Made by a program: the position numbers and the translations under genes. DNA of 57,420 bases from assembly GCF_000002075.1 (NCBI RefSeq), contig NW_004797358.1, positions 385,491 to 442,910 on the forward strand, written 5' to 3'. Below, piece after piece: positions 13,101 to 26,120 of the stretch. The stretch's first letter is position 1, and the number at the start of each line of letters is the position of its first letter. Origin of the DNA: Aplysia californica. Taxonomy: Eukaryota. The notes under the pieces are model-generated. The model was given only the letters and a program-made list of their open reading frames with translations. It was not told the DNA's origin and searched no databases.

Positions 13101-16100
13101 CTGAAAATTTACACAGTTTCCTGTGGTAGGTACGTGGCGTGATGTGATGTATTCTGTAGTCCCAAAGATTTCTTTTGTTTTTGCAAGCAGTATAAGTAAC
13201 TAACCCCTGTTGACAGCCTTGTGATAATCAACATGTTCCTAATTCTAGTACGAAAGCTGCTGCTGTGAATGATTCCTTCTTTTTTAACTATTGATCTGGT
13301 AAAATATATATTTACTTTCATGACTTAAACTTATTGATCTTATCACATAATGCCATTACAAATTTGTGTATATATCATGGAAATATATTTTGTACTCCGT
13401 GTTGACCAAAGAAAAAAATAGGCATGCTGTCACACAGCGTTACGGTTATTTGTGACCTGTGTATGATTATCCGGTCTGTTTTTCTTCTCTGTAGATTTGA
13501 CACAGACTTTGAGTGCCTTCATTGTCTGGGTAAAGGAGGATTTGGGATTGTCTTTGAGGCCATCAACCGGTTTGATGACCAACATTATGCTGTGAAGAGG
13601 ACAATTTTGCCTAAGAGGTAAAGTGATGCCAACAGATGTACTTAGGACATGTTACATTCCAAAATTCTACTCCTGTCTTTGTCAGATACCAAGCACAAAT
13701 GGCACACCATTAGCTGGAGCTGTAAGTACAGAAAATTGTTGACTGACCAGCAGTATGACTGTAAAAGTGCTTTAGTTTACATTTTGATGTAATGCAGAGT
13801 TTAAAAGTATCTGTGTGAGCATTCCCATTTTGAAAGGAAAATAAAATTGTAGGCCTACCCCTCCAGACAGTTAATATTGTTTTGCTCTTATAAGAGATCA
13901 AAAGCTTATCTTTTTTTAAATGTTTTTTTTTTGTATTAGTCTATCATTGCTCTGATCATGGCATGTTAAATGTATTGTTTCTATGTTATTCTAAAATGAC
14001 ATATTATATGTATCGCATGTCATCATATTTATCTTATTCCAGTGAGGGTGCTAAGGAGAAAGTCCTGAGAGAAGTTCGAGCCCTAGCCACGCTGGAGCAT
14101 ATTGGGATTGTGAGATATTTCAACGCCTGGGTGGAGTCTCCGCCAGCCGGCTGGCAGGAGGAGAAGGATAAACAGTTTCTTTGCAGGTAACTTGTAGATA
14201 AGTGAAGGTAATCTTATACCACATGTGAACATTTAGTGTGAAGGTGTTCTTTTTGATGAAGTCACCACTGCAGGTCTACGGATATTTTTCTCTATTGTTT
14301 AGTTATTTAAATCCTTTACTGTTTTGTTTTCTGTCTCACATTTGAGAGAGAAACGGTATTATATCCTGTCGAAATTTTCAGAAATGGCCCCCAATTGTTC
14401 AAGAGAAAAGTAGTTGTCTTAGACTGGTGGACATAACGGATTGTGTCATTATAATATAGAAAAAGCACGGGGGGGGGGGGGGGGGGGTTGGCCTTTTGGG
14501 CAGGTTGTTGTTAAAGCAGATTCGACTTTATATTTTAGAGGCGTTGCAGATGGGGAAGGCTAGGAATAAAATGAAAGTTACCATTTTTGTTTCTTTTTTT
14601 CCAAACTCATTATCTTATTCATAGATTTTGTGTGTATGTGGGGGAGGGGGTGACTCACATTCCTTCATAAGTAAGGAGCTGCTTTTTGAGCATCATTAAG
14701 CAGCTGCATTGACTTTTATGTAGTAATAGTTCGAGTTAATAAAAATTTTCTTTATGTATTTTGAAAGTATTAGCAGAAGTTTTATTCTGGTCTGTTTCAG
14801 TGATGCATCGGGGCCCACATCAGGACCTACCTCCTACGGTGTTCAACCTTCATATTCACCAAGTCATCAAATATCTGCCCCTCCCAATGCCCCAAAACAT
14901 AAGGGCGCTGCAAAAATGATCAAGACTCCTCCTGATATTGCCAGAGAGGCAGATCTGGAAACAGATTCCATCGTGTTTGAATCGAAAGATTCCATGGGAG
15001 GAGAGGTTCCTCAATATAAAAAGTCTGGCAGTGAGGAGTTTTCCGTACATTCCTTTCTTGATGATAACAGCGTTGGAGATGAGAGCAGTGTTGGCGGTCA
15101 GTCCTCCTCTCGTGCCAACAAGTGTTTGTTCCAGCTCAATTCTTTCTCAAAGGACAGTGAACCACAGGACTGTAGTCTCTCCGACACCCAGTCCAGCATT
15201 CCATTCTCTGCCTATACTCATTCCTCCAAACATTCCCATGCAACTGATCGAGATCTGGAAGTGACTGATGACAGCATTGTGTTTGAAGGAACAAACAGTG
15301 CTGATAATGTATTTCACAGGAGAAATAATGTGGAATTGACAGATGACAGTATTGTTTTCGAAGACACAAACGGTGCTGCTGGTCAATTTCATGACCAGAA
15401 AAATGTTTGGCTGTCTCAAAGTGATAATCATGACGTTCCGCATTCTTCAGCAGACAGTGGGACGGGCACTGAGAACAGTGGTCACTTTTCTCTCCACCAC
15501 GGCCCGGACCACACTGTGGACATTTCCCCCTCTTGCCGTGCAGATACTGCTGAGAAACAGGGGAACAAAAAGAGTGATTCCTCAGGGACGAAATATTTCT
15601 TATACATACAGATGCAGTTGTACAGGAAAGAGACACTAAAGGATTGGCTCTGTAACAACACCTTGAACAGAGGTCGCCAAACTATTCTCGACATATTTGA
15701 TCAAATTGTGTGTGCAGTGGATTATTTGCACCGATGTGGCCTCATGCACAGAGATCTCAAGGTAAGAATGCATCTATTGTTATATTATATGCACTTCAGG
15801 GCTGTTGGAGTTGTGCTGTGTATGTTGTAAATTGATAGAAACTCTTGTGGTCTACCCCTTATTTTTCCCTCCTCAGCCTGATTTTATATTTAGTCAATGT
15901 TGTCATTATGTTAGTGAATTGTGTTGTTGTACAATGAGATGAATATTCAAACCAAAACAAAATTATAGTTTTTGCTCTGAAAGGACCATTAAGATAGTAT
16001 TATGTTAAAAAGTAAAAAGTTTTTATATATACAGTCAAAATTGTCTGAGACAGCCACCCATTAAGTGTACGTTTAGTCAATATGAGAAAAGAGCCTGAAA

Positions 16101-19100
16101 ACATCCCAGACAAAACTACTACCTCAAACTTTTTTTTAGCTGGTTCACGTAAGAAGTCTTTGGTGGCCACAATGAACATAGCAAATTATATTAATCTGAG
16201 ATCGTTATCAGACTTTGAAATAATTTTTAAAATATGTAGGCTACTTTTTTCCAACAAACACCTTATATATATATATATGCTAGGTGTTATTTTTTTTTTC
16301 ATAAAAATGTTGTGTAATGTTCAAAGAAATTTTGTGTGGCTTCCTGCTAATAGTTAGATACATAAGGTAGATCAAAATGTTGTGTAGACTGTAAGGGAAG
16401 ATTATAATGAGAATGGTTTTGGCTCCGTGGCTAGTCAGTAAATATCTCATGCCAGAGGTCAGGGGTTCAAACTTTCACACACCCCCACCAGGGCAGTGCT
16501 ACTGACTGAAGTTGTCTTTAGGCCATTCCTAAAGGGGGGATATTAACATGTTCCTATGCACCGTAGAATTGTAAATGGGCTGATTTATCAATCATTGATC
16601 AATCAATTCAATGTCATCCTCATACTCTGCCGGAACAACATAGGGGGAACTGCTGCTTTTTCTTTCCTCATCCTTACTATCGTCGTTTTTCCTCTACTTC
16701 TTTTGTATGTTTGTTACTCTCTTGTGAACTGCTATTTACTGTGTGCCTTGATAGTTGCAGCAGACTTTTTGTGCTGTTGAGGCTTGAGAGGTGAGCAGAG
16801 TAAGCCTGATTTCCCCGTTTGGACTTCTCTATCCACCCCTTGGCGCTCAGATAACTGCTGTTGTGAGTGCCGCAAAACTTTACTAAAACAAACTAACCTT
16901 CACTTGCCCAATTCCAAAGTACAAACTGTATTTGTCTTAAAAATGACTTAGCTCATTTTTACTCAGTGGTAACATGCACTTTTTTCTATCTCACACACAT
17001 ACACACACAAGTTTATACAGACAAACAGAGAGTGTTATTCTGTATTTACCACCCAAGTTGTTGTTGTTGTTGTTGTTTTTTGGGGGGGGGGTGTTTGTAA
17101 TTTGTAATGTGTGACATCTTGGTGAAATCAGGCCCTCGTCAGATTAATGAAATCGAAGAAACTGACATTTTTCCCGACTATTGGGCAATTTTTTAATCTA
17201 TATTATTTAGATGCACATTTCTGTGTGGATTTTACAGAAAAACAACAAAAGCATAAAAATGTACATTTCTGTTTGGATTTTACAGAAAAACAGTAATAGA
17301 CATTTTTTTAAAATATAGATTTGGAGCTACTTAGTACACCCAAGCTTTGGAAGTCACCAAACTTTGGCGGCCATTTTTCACTAATTTTTTCCTCCCACAC
17401 TAAATGACCCTACCTCCTTCAAAGGCAAATATCTTGACCTTTTTATCCGAGATAGATGGAGATTTTTTTCACCAAATGCAAGACAAGTAAACTAGCTTTA
17501 AGACTTTACCAATACTCTGTCGAAAAATTGACAAGCACCTGATTCCACCATGTTGTCACTTACTTATATGTGTATTGTTTGCCTTAATCTTGCATTTGTG
17601 ACATTATTTTCAAGTAGGCTACTTCTTTTGTTATCATGCAGAGAGGGCAGATTTTTATTCTTGTATTTGACTTAAAGATTCTGTGTAGAAAAATAATAGC
17701 ATAAGTTCTCTCCTTTCAGAATAGGGCTTTCTTCCATTTCAGAAAGTGTTTACCCAAAAATGCTTAGTGCTTAGTATTTTGTTTTAAATCTATACTATAA
17801 TTCATGCTTTTCCCTAAATAGTGAAACATTTTTAATCTCTTTTTGTCCCAGCCCTCCAACATTTTCTTCTCTAATGATGGGGTGGTCAAGGTGGGGGATT
17901 TTGGCCTGGTCACTGCCCTCAATGTAGAGCAGGGTCAAGAAGAGAAAAAGGAGTTGTCGAAGACACCTGGTCGCCATACAGCAGAAGTTGGAACCACTTT
18001 GTATATGAGTCCAGAACAAGTAAGTATCTGTTCACATTTGAATTTGAGCTGCTCCAGTGGAGGGAAAAAAAAAATAGAGCCTTTGATTGCACTCCTGTAT
18101 GAGGCGCAATCCCTCTAATGATGGAAATATGCAAGTGAACTTATGCACTCACCAAATGTACCTGTTGATCTATGTTTACTTTTATGTATTGCACCTGCCT
18201 TTGTTTCTTCCCACTTCTCGTACTTTAAACTTTTTTGAAGAGGATGACTGCTCTTCTTTCAAAATGAAACCCTTCTTTGTGAAATGTACTGTGATTGGTT
18301 GATACTAGAAATGGAAACAAAGGGTAATTGATAATAGCTGGCCAATGTTCTGCATTCAAACTTTGTTCTTTCTGTCATTAGTGACCTACGGTATTTTGCT
18401 AATAAAAATGAAATTCGCTGAATATTTATTAACCACTTTATGATCATTCACGGATATAGTAGGCCTACTATTCAACGATATATATTGATGCTGCTTAAAG
18501 TGATGACATTCAGAAATGTGAGAAGAGGTTGAGTACTGTGAAGTGCTTGGCCTGTAGAGAAAAGATTCAGTCATGTTTTAGTTATTGAATATGAAAGGTA
18601 AAGGGTAGTGTTCCGAACTACTGAGGTAGTTTGTCCTTATGATGGAGACTTGAAAATAATTCAGACGTAAGGAAGAAGGAAGATTTTCTGCTTTTTTTTT
18701 TTCATTGTGTTTTTACTTTGGTCTACTGATAAACTTATAGTCTTGTTCCACTTTTTGTGTGATTTTGATTTGAAAATGCCTTAGTTTATGAAATGATCTT
18801 TGTATTAATTTGTAGTAAATAAAATCACTATTAAAAGGGTTTAAAAAGAGTTTGTACGCTCTGGCATAATTATACTGAATGTGACATGAATGTCTTGTAT
18901 ATAAAAAAGTCTTTTCACTAAAATTGAAATTTGTCTCATTTTTGTTAAGTCTTTGTATTTATTGCTTGTTTATATCTTTTTGTATTGATCTTGTCTTCAA
19001 CAGATTGCCAGAAAACCATATGATTTCAAAGTGGACATATTTTCATTGGGACTGATCTTTCTGGAACTGTGGATTCCTTTCTCTACTCAGATGGAGAGAA

Positions 19101-20102
19101 TAAGAGCCTTAGAAGAGGCGAAGAGACAGATCTTTCCTTCCAATTTCACCAGAGAGTTGCCCGTGGAGGTAGTTATATCATGTTTTTCATAGGGCCAAAA
19201 TATAACCATACATTCTATCTAGCATACACATAGCAAAATACATTCATAAGGAACAGATTTTCAGAAACTGAATTGTTTCTTATACAAGTATTTCTTTGTA
19301 GTTAGATGCATAGCCTACATGGCAAAATTGATTGATAACAAAAAGATTTAAGCATCACACTGATTTCACTATGTGCTTGCAATACTGTACATAATAATAT
19401 GTATACCATACACTCAACATTTTTGCTTAAAATTTTTGTCTCTTCATTCTAGGTGCCTGATATAGTTGTCACAGTATTTTTCTCTTCTTATTGTTCTTAA
19501 TGTCGGGCAATTCATTCTTAGGTGACCAAGGTTGTTTCTTTTATTGTTTTGGTGAAGCTTACATTTGGCATGGGATGATAAGTTTTTGGGGGGGTTTTTT
19601 GTTTCTTTTTTCCTGCATCAGAACAAAGGCTTACTCTCCCCTGTTAGCTTCTTTTTTGCCAGTGTTCTTCACCAGACATGTTGACATTATAGGATGTGCC
19701 ACATGATTTCTTTATTTTTTTTCACCAAGCAGCTGGCGGTGTGGTTGCTAAGAGGAGCACATGTGTAAGATTACCATTTTTCTCCTCACCAATTAATGGT
19801 CGTCTTGGACAGGTTCAACTGTACTTTTGCCTCTCTGAACTTTTACGAGGGACCAAATAATGCAACCTGGACACTAAAATCTGTCAAGCTACAGTTGAAA
19901 AAAATAACAGTAAAGTTATAAAGCAACATTTTCATGGTTTCATCCTCAGTGTGAACTTGTGAAAGAGATGACTGCTGACAAAGCGGCATTGAGGCCAGCC
20001 ACAAGAGACATCCTTGACCATCCACTGCTGAAAGACTTTGCACCAACAAGGATGGGTGACATTCGGAGAGTTCGCACTATTTCAGACAACAGCAATAGCT
20101 AA
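921..20102 (+). CDS. EIF2AK3: PERK / eIF2-alpha kinase 3, spliced gene (17 visible coding exons, ~1094 aa)
   Basis: GT-AG exons join in phase: 921-1126, 4833-4962, 5816-6013, 6361-6503, 8121-8254, 8710-8837, 9318-9468, 9751-9885, 11133-11274, 11647-11752, 12519-12616, 13495-13617, 14043-14186, 14801-15761, 17852-18019, 19004-19168, 19950-20102 (3285 nt, divisible by 3, ends TAA). Product has a signal peptide, an IRE1/PERK-type lumenal domain ([30 protein letters not shown]), a TM segment after FYWKE, and a kinase domain ([21 protein letters not shown], long insert, [38 protein letters not shown]). Confidence 0.96.
1228..1826. mobile_element. Nested inverted-repeat (MITE/foldback-like) element in PERK intron 1
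   Basis: Outer IR 1231-1255 vs 1803-1823; perfect 17-bp IR GTGGCTATTCTCACCCG 1300-1316 vs 1728-1744; inner IR ~1352-1365 vs 1384-1397. Confidence 0.6.
1984..3940 (+). mobile_element. tRNA-derived SINE split by a DNA transposon (head 1984-2076, body ~3635-3940)
   Basis: Head has A-box and B-box-like motifs. Head and body both match the uninterrupted reverse-strand copy at 33617-33981. The body motif GGTCCGTGTGC...CGTTAAA resembles the Nin domain of invertebrate SINEs. Confidence 0.7.
2077..3634. mobile_element. Non-autonomous DNA transposon with CAC...GTG termini (Chapaev/EnSpm/Transib-type ends)
   Basis: Ends CACAGCGCAC / GTGACGCAGTG; subterminal IR GGGGTCATGGGG (~2143) vs CCCCGTGACCCC (~3548); flanks TCTA/TTTA; sits between the head and body of a SINE. 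Confidence 0.6.
4351..4779 (-). mobile_element. ~430-bp MITE family A, copy 1
   Basis: TIRs TGTGAGGCAGCATGGTGAAATCAGG / CCTGATTCCAC..; homologous to eight other copies in the window. Confidence 0.8.
4833..9885 (+). CDS. EIF2AK3: PERK lumenal-domain exons 2-8
   Basis: [16 protein letters not shown]; [16 protein letters not shown]; [13 protein letters not shown]; WNFSVGQH; KWEHK|FNSPIAKAW; LYIG|SHQKLLYIQ; VSWRPY. All have canonical splice sites and matching phases. Confidence 0.92.
9984..10664. other. Assembly gap inside PERK intron 8
   Basis: N run flanked by poly-G on both sides. Confidence 0.99.
11133..12616 (+). CDS. EIF2AK3: PERK juxtamembrane and transmembrane exons 9-11
   Basis: DTGYFLYPE...FWFYW|[22 protein letters not shown] (TM); exon 12519-12616 ends YVSR, leading into FDTDFE. 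Confidence 0.88.
11865..11990. mobile_element. Tc1/mariner (pogo/Tigger-like) MITE; related pieces at ~14360-14530, ~16030-16180, ~19720-19823, ~47640-47787
   Basis: TAGTCAAACCTGTCTAAGAC ... ACAGGTTCTACTGTA ends, TA-flanked. Confidence 0.55.
12736..13221. mobile_element. hAT-like MITE
   Basis: CAGGGCTGCCCA ... TTGACAGCCTTG imperfect TIR; TGATAA duplicated on both flanks; CpG-richer than the surrounding intron. Confidence 0.5.
13495..20102 (+). CDS. EIF2AK3: PERK kinase-domain exons 12-17, including large kinase insert
   Basis: Kinase subdomain motifs intact; 961-nt exon 14801-15761 encodes the Ser/Asp-rich insert; stop TAA at 20100-20102. Confidence 0.96.
17110..17559 (+). mobile_element. 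MITE family A, copy 2 (full length)
   Basis: TGTGACATCTTGGTGAAATCAGG ... CCTGATTCCACCATGTTGTCAC. Confidence 0.85.
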
Positions 20103-22694
20103 GATGCTTCCTGGTACAAATGCTATAGAGAGATTTTCATTTTTGTTCAACCTTTGTATATTATGTCCTTAGTTTCAATATGTGTAGCAAAGCAACAAAA
20201 TTAGTTTCATGTTGCACTCAGCTATTTCAATGTATTGGACGAGACCTGGATTTTTTTCACTACTGTGTTGTTTCTGACTTCTTGACTTCAAGTAATTCTT
20301 AACTGAACAACCAAATCTGCTTGACATATACTGTTTTCACCCCGTTGCCATCCCTAGTGTTTTATTATTATTATTATTATTGAAATGGGACAGGTGACTG
20401 CTTTTGTTGTGTTGCTACACGAGTATATGTGTGGGTGTGAAAACATGGGGCACAATTATTCTGTGGTCCCTTACATGACCCTCATAACCCACGTTTTGTT
20501 AAATGAGAAAAAAAAAATTGTTTATTCAAAGTTCAATTGAAATTGAGACAACTTGTATATGGGTTAATTGTTGAATGTACCACAGATCTTTCAGCATTTT
20601 GCATAAAATATAGGGGCTTTTCCATGTCAAAGATTTGGATATGGTTCTTGTTTGGTTGTTCAGCTACATTTTGGAATTTCATTAAAGTTTCCTACACCCC
20701 CTATCTTTGGGTATGAAGGGTCTTAGTCTCTGTGGTTAAGGACCAAAAAACTTCAAGATCCAAAGTGGACGCTGCTCTTTTACAGACATTTGCCTAGGAA
20801 AGTCCAGAATTGTCTCAAACCTGAACTGAAAAAACATAATGAAATCATGTTTTTAGAATTACAAATGAGCATGAGACTGGTGTTGACTTTACCTGTCTGT
20901 CGGGCTGAGGCAGAAAATAATTATAGAGGCACACCCCCCCAGGGGATTAGCAGTAGATATGAGCAGGTCGGGATTGATGGACATAATATTATTGCAAGGA
21001 AAAAAAGACTGCAAAGCAGGAGTGATGAGTAGATAACACACTTTGCTTGTTCCTTCATCATCTTAGTAAGCTTTCATAGTGAGGCCAAAAAAAAGGTACT
21101 GTGATAGTAAAAATTGAGGCTGGGTGGATACAAGTAGATAGAGGGGGGAGAGGGGGACACATTGTAAAGACCACGTCATCCTAGGTCAGTTGTGGCTCCA
21201 CTTAGTTTTGTGGCCTGGTGACTGACCCAACTCACTCCCAGGTGACCTACGGTAATGACACATTTATTCAAGTGTTTCAACCTGGGTTGGAAAAGTCTGA
21301 TATCATTAGGATGGATGATACCATACCGCATAGAATTGGAACTTCTTGTGGCTAACTGGGATCAATAACAAAATCTTGACAAGTTTTGTTGGGTTTTTTT
21401 AATGATAAATGAAATCCTTCTGGATTGATTGGAAGAACCGTTAACCTATATTTTTTAGGGCAGAATTAAAACTGGTATATATGTGCAGCTATGTTTTCAG
21501 TAGAGTTTGTTGAATGGATGCATTATTTCCTTGTAGATTTTTATTTTCACTTGGAATTTTTTTTAGGTTGGGTCATGTGATGTTATAGATACCTAACATT
21601 GTCAAGTGACTTCCCTTGACGGGTCATGAACACTTTGGAGAGGATAATTTGTCTTCCATATTGTCAAGTGCGTCTGAAAAATAATTATCAAAGTAGTTGC
21701 TCAAACAAAAGTTGTTATATGTTCCTTGTAGATCTACTGAATGTAACGGAGTAAATGTGAACTTCACCATTTTTTTTGGTTGATCATAATTTTGTCTTAT
21801 AGAAAATAACTCTTGACTCTCATATTTATTTATCACCTATGGGACCGGCGGACAAGTGTACTCGCGAAGCCCGACTGCTTCCCCGGGACTGTAGACAAGT
21901 GTACTCGAGGGCAAAGTGACCTAGATCTGTTGATTGTTCTCCAAATATACCTATCTTTCGTTTTCCCCATGATTAATTCCATTTAAATGTTTTGCTTCCG
22001 GTTCTTGGCAGTTAAATGGGGGAAGAGCGATAAAATGAGTTAAGAAAAGGTATTTCTCCGAACCTGAGGTGCTCGACAAAATTAGTCTGGAAACAGACAG
22101 TGTTGACTCGGACTATATCATTGATTATTTGGATCAAGAGTCTTCAAATCAAGAAGAAAGTGATGACAGTGACAGACTGATCTGGAAACAGTTATCATTG
22201 ATTGAGGAACAATTTGTAACTCTAAAAGAAGATCTAGATCTCTTAGGAACTGGCTCTGGACAAAAGCGTACTGTTACATAATTGATTACACCTAAGTGAC
22301 TCAGTGGAAGCACTGGAAGGACCCTCGGCAACATTTTGGAGAGAGCAACGGAGCATCAATGGACATGTCCTGAGTGCAGGGATTTTGCTTCCTGAAACAA
22401 TGAACAATGAAGTGACTCAAACCAAAAAACTTTTTCAATAAAAATGTGTTTTAGCATTGGGAAACATATTCTTATATCAGTTTGGTGAAGTTTCATGTTT
22501 ATAACTTTACAAGAGGCTGAGTTGCCCACAGTATAGTTTTTAGTGTGGATTTTCATCCATGGATAAGTATTCTCAGAGGATGGGGTTCTAAGTTAGAACT
22601 GGTTTGCATTTACTTCCTTTTCATAGTGTTGTAATGAAAGCACAGGCAGGGCAGTACTTTTTGTATCCTCCTGTATGATGAGGTATTTGAGATA

Positions 22695-22879
22695 CAGTGC
22701 AGCCTCTCAATAACAACATCGTCGGGACCAGGAAAAAATGTCGTTATAGAGTTGTCGGTATAGAGAGGAGGCAACCAAAAATTACTAATGATATAAAAGG
22801 AAAAAACAGTGACCTGGGCATTATATCGCTATACAGAGGATGTCGTTATATCAAAGGTCGTTATAGAGAGGTTGCATTG
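22695..22879. mobile_element. Tc1/mariner (pogo/Tigger-like) MITE
   Basis: TA|CAGTGCAGCCTCTCAATAAC ... GTTATAGAGAGGTTGCATTG|TA: TIR plus TA target duplication. Confidence 0.8.
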
Positions 22880-24289
22880 TATGTGTACGGGGTACTTAAT
22901 TCAGTGTACTTTACAAGGTTATTTTGTTCTCTGAGTAAATGCTTTAAAGCTTTTTTTTATGCTATTATTATTGTCTAAGATAATTTGTGGGTCCAACAGT
23001 GTTGTTTGTGCTTTCTTTGCCTGTGGTCTTCAGACTTTGTGGTTGAATAAAACATAGCTCACTTTACTTCAGAGTCAGCTTATAGCTTGATGCCTAATCC
23101 TCAGCCGCTTCTTTCTTGCACTACTTTGATTAAAATGGGGGGGGGGGTTTTGTTTGCTGATTTCATCTAAAAATTGATTGGGAGTTTTTAAAAAAAATAA
23201 TCCTTATTAAGTATTTTATGTAGGGTATACTTGTTTTAATTTCAAGCATTGTTGGTGTATTTCTTTCAGTATTAAGAAATTTTGTTCAGCGACAACACCT
23301 TTCTCATTCTTTTGAATGATAAATGGGTTTGCACAGCATACAGCATAAATTAAGTATTACACAGCAAGCAATGTTTTGATTCAGCTTATTGTCCTTTGAC
23401 TGGCAAGTGTTCCATAGCATCTCAAGAAAATCTCAGTAAACTAATTAATAACGGACAGTGATAATTATATGTCCTTTGTAAGATGTGTAAAATTGTACAT
23501 ATTTTGGTTTCAGTTCTACTGGACTGCTGGATCAGTGTATAGTGTAACTTTTCTTTTTTTTTAAATCATCATTCTTTGGGAATCCATATTATGTCCTTAT
23601 TACATGTAGTTTATTAATATACACCCTTCACTTTTTGTTAACTGATGTCTCTAAATGAGATGTGAGGGTGCCATTGTTGGAACACCACTTGTTTATTAAC
23701 ATTCTGGAATAGCTTTGAACACATCTTTGTCCTCAGTTGTGACAGTATCAGCTTTGATATCATAGCTTTTCCTTCTGTTATAATGAACTACAAATGTTTT
23801 CTTTCTGGCTGCCAAGATGTGTTTTTGGTGGACAGTGAAGCAATAACACCAGATAATACTAGCGTGGGACCAGTTTAACAGTCTATCCTATCTACTTTCC
23901 TTAATATAGAGAAGGAATGAGTCAAAAATTGGTCTTTTCTTAATCCTTTCTTAAAATGCGTTCTTGATATTTATTGTGTGAAAGTGGGTAGTCTTGAACT
24001 TGAAGTTGAAGCAAATCATATGCTTAAACTTAAACAACTTTTATGGCGTAGAAGTATTATGTTAAGGGCATTTACAGTAGATTTTTAAATTTTATTCTTC
24101 AATTTAGCTCTCCTCCGTATTAATTAGTTTAGCTTAACCATTCTCATTTAAGTAGGCCATATTATATGTTGCTTACAAAGGATTCTTTTTCAATTCCACA
24201 TGATAGAAAGTCAACTGTTGGTCATTTCTCAGAGAAAACTGAGTCACTCAAATTCTGCCCTCAATATTAAGTTAAATGTATGTTGTTGC

Positions 24290-24600
24290 ATTGGTGATCT
24301 AGCTTATGTAGGGATTGTAACTAAAAGGTCATTAGTTCAAATCTTTTCAGGGGCCTGCTGTTATGTCCTTGGGAAAGGCACTTTACACAAATTATCTCGC
24401 TTCACCTAGGTGGAAATGGGTACCTAGCTATAGATGGCGAAAGATTTTGTTAGTTTGTTAGTGTTTGAGCTTGCACTGTATGCTTCCCAAGAAGCGGAGA
24501 AAGTGTTTGAGTGTTCTAGAGTGTGATTGGGTAATATAGATGAAAAGCACATAGAGCATGGCGCTGATGATAGATATATGCTATATAAATGTAGATCTGG
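24290..24600 (+). mobile_element. Degenerate tRNA-derived SINE with CORE-like segment
   Basis: B-box-like AGTTCAAATC followed by TGTCCTTGGGAAAGGCACTTTAC...CACCTAGGTGGAAATGGGTACC. Confidence 0.55.
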
Positions 24601-25273
24601 ATCTAGTTAATATAATTTTTATTATTATAATGAAACTTTAGCTATGTCTCATTCTCCACATGGTTACTGCTTACAATTATTAAGTGACATGTAATTTCGA
24701 CAAGTTGTTCTTTAAAAGTATCTTTAGGAGTAGTAGTTATGGAAGAAAATGTGAACAATTAATATAGTTGCTGTTACTTTGATAACCTCTGAATGACATT
24801 GTATGAGTTTTTAAGATTTGCTTGAGGAGTATGCACAGAATCATGTGTGATTTTGAGTACCGGTACAATTACCCTATAATAATTTGTATATATATACAGT
24901 ATATAAAAGTACATATTTGCTTTGGTTTCTATATTTTATCCAATTTGTTTGCAAAGCTATGTCCATGTTTTCTTATAATTTGCGTGCTTGTTTGTTCTTC
25001 AGAGATATCACTGATGAAATTGTACGGTGTACATGAGATTACAGATCTTTTCAAACAAGTTAAAACATGTGCTTGTAAATTGTAAATTTTGAATTTCAAA
25101 TGTAATGCTAGTCTTGTGTGGAGAGTTAAATGTTATGAGATACTAAATCTCTTGACTGTCATCTGTATTTATGAAATTAAATCATAATGACTGGATAAAT
25201 ATAATAGCTTATTTATAATGCAAGATGCTTGGTCATTGTGTGTCTTATGCACATTGAAACTTGACTGGTAAAG

Positions 25274-25279
25274 AATAAA
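25274..25279 (+). terminator. Candidate distal polyadenylation signal of PERK
   Basis: AATAAA followed by a T/GT-rich tract at the end of a long AU-rich stretch; another AATAAA at ~23045. Confidence 0.3.
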
Positions 25280-25365
25280 ATTCTTGAAATCTTAAAATAC
25301 ATTATACTTTCTTCTTTCGATTGTTTGTAAATTTTTTGTGAAGTTGCTCATATGTGCATATGATA

Positions 25366-25768
25366 TAGTCAAACTCAGATATAACAGGACAGACGGGACC
25401 GGCAGTTTTTCCCTGTAATAAGCGAGTCCTGTTATAACTGTTATCAAGGAAAACTACCACTCTGTACCTTGCATCTTCAGCCTACTGTATATACTCGATT
25501 ACCGCAGATCCTTTTCCAGTGGGCTGTTTTGCTAACACTAACAACACTGAGACAGAATCGATCAGTGACCCCAGCGCTGTGGGGGTGGGGGGCGCGGCAT
25601 GTGTTTGAAAGTTTGTGTTTAGGCAAGCGATCAACCAAACAGGTGAAATGTCTTGATTGAGACAAATTTTAATAATTTGACGGATCGAAAGCAAGTTCAT
25701 GTGCTGCAAGATCACTGTTATATCAGAGTCGGTTCAAATTGAGCCCTGTTATAGCCAGGTTCATCATA
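25366..25768. mobile_element. pogo/Tigger-like MITE
   Basis: TAGTCAAACTCAGATATAAC..GGGACCGG ... GTTATAGCCAGGTTCA; same layout as the 22695 element. Confidence 0.55.
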
Positions 25769-25877
25769 TTACTTACATCTATTTAGAGCAAAAAACAAGG
25801 GATTTGATTTGCCACTGTTATATATCCAAGTTCTTGTAATAACAGAGGCTGTTAAAAATGGACTGGACTGTAGTATA

Positions 25878-26120
25878 TGTGAGGCATCATGGTGAATCAG
25901 GAACTCGTGAAGAAACCAGCATTCTTCCGATGGTATGGCAACATTGATGAAATTTTTGCTTTTTTGACTGAGCACCTTTAAAATGGTTTTAAAAACAAAT
26001 TTCTGTGTAGATTTGACTGAAAATCGTTGATTAGAAACATAAAAGATGTAAATTTCCACTTTCCAAGGACTTTCCAGCTGTGGAAGTTACTAAACTTTTT
26101 CTGCCATTTTCTTGCTAGTT
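25878..26120 (+). mobile_element. MITE family A, copy 3 (3'-truncated)
   Basis: TGTGAGGCATCATGGTGAATCAGG start and shared internal sequence. Confidence 0.7.

Noticed and set aside
14856-15694. Overlapping and antisense ORFs within the large PERK exon
   Set aside because: Shadow frames of a real coding exon.
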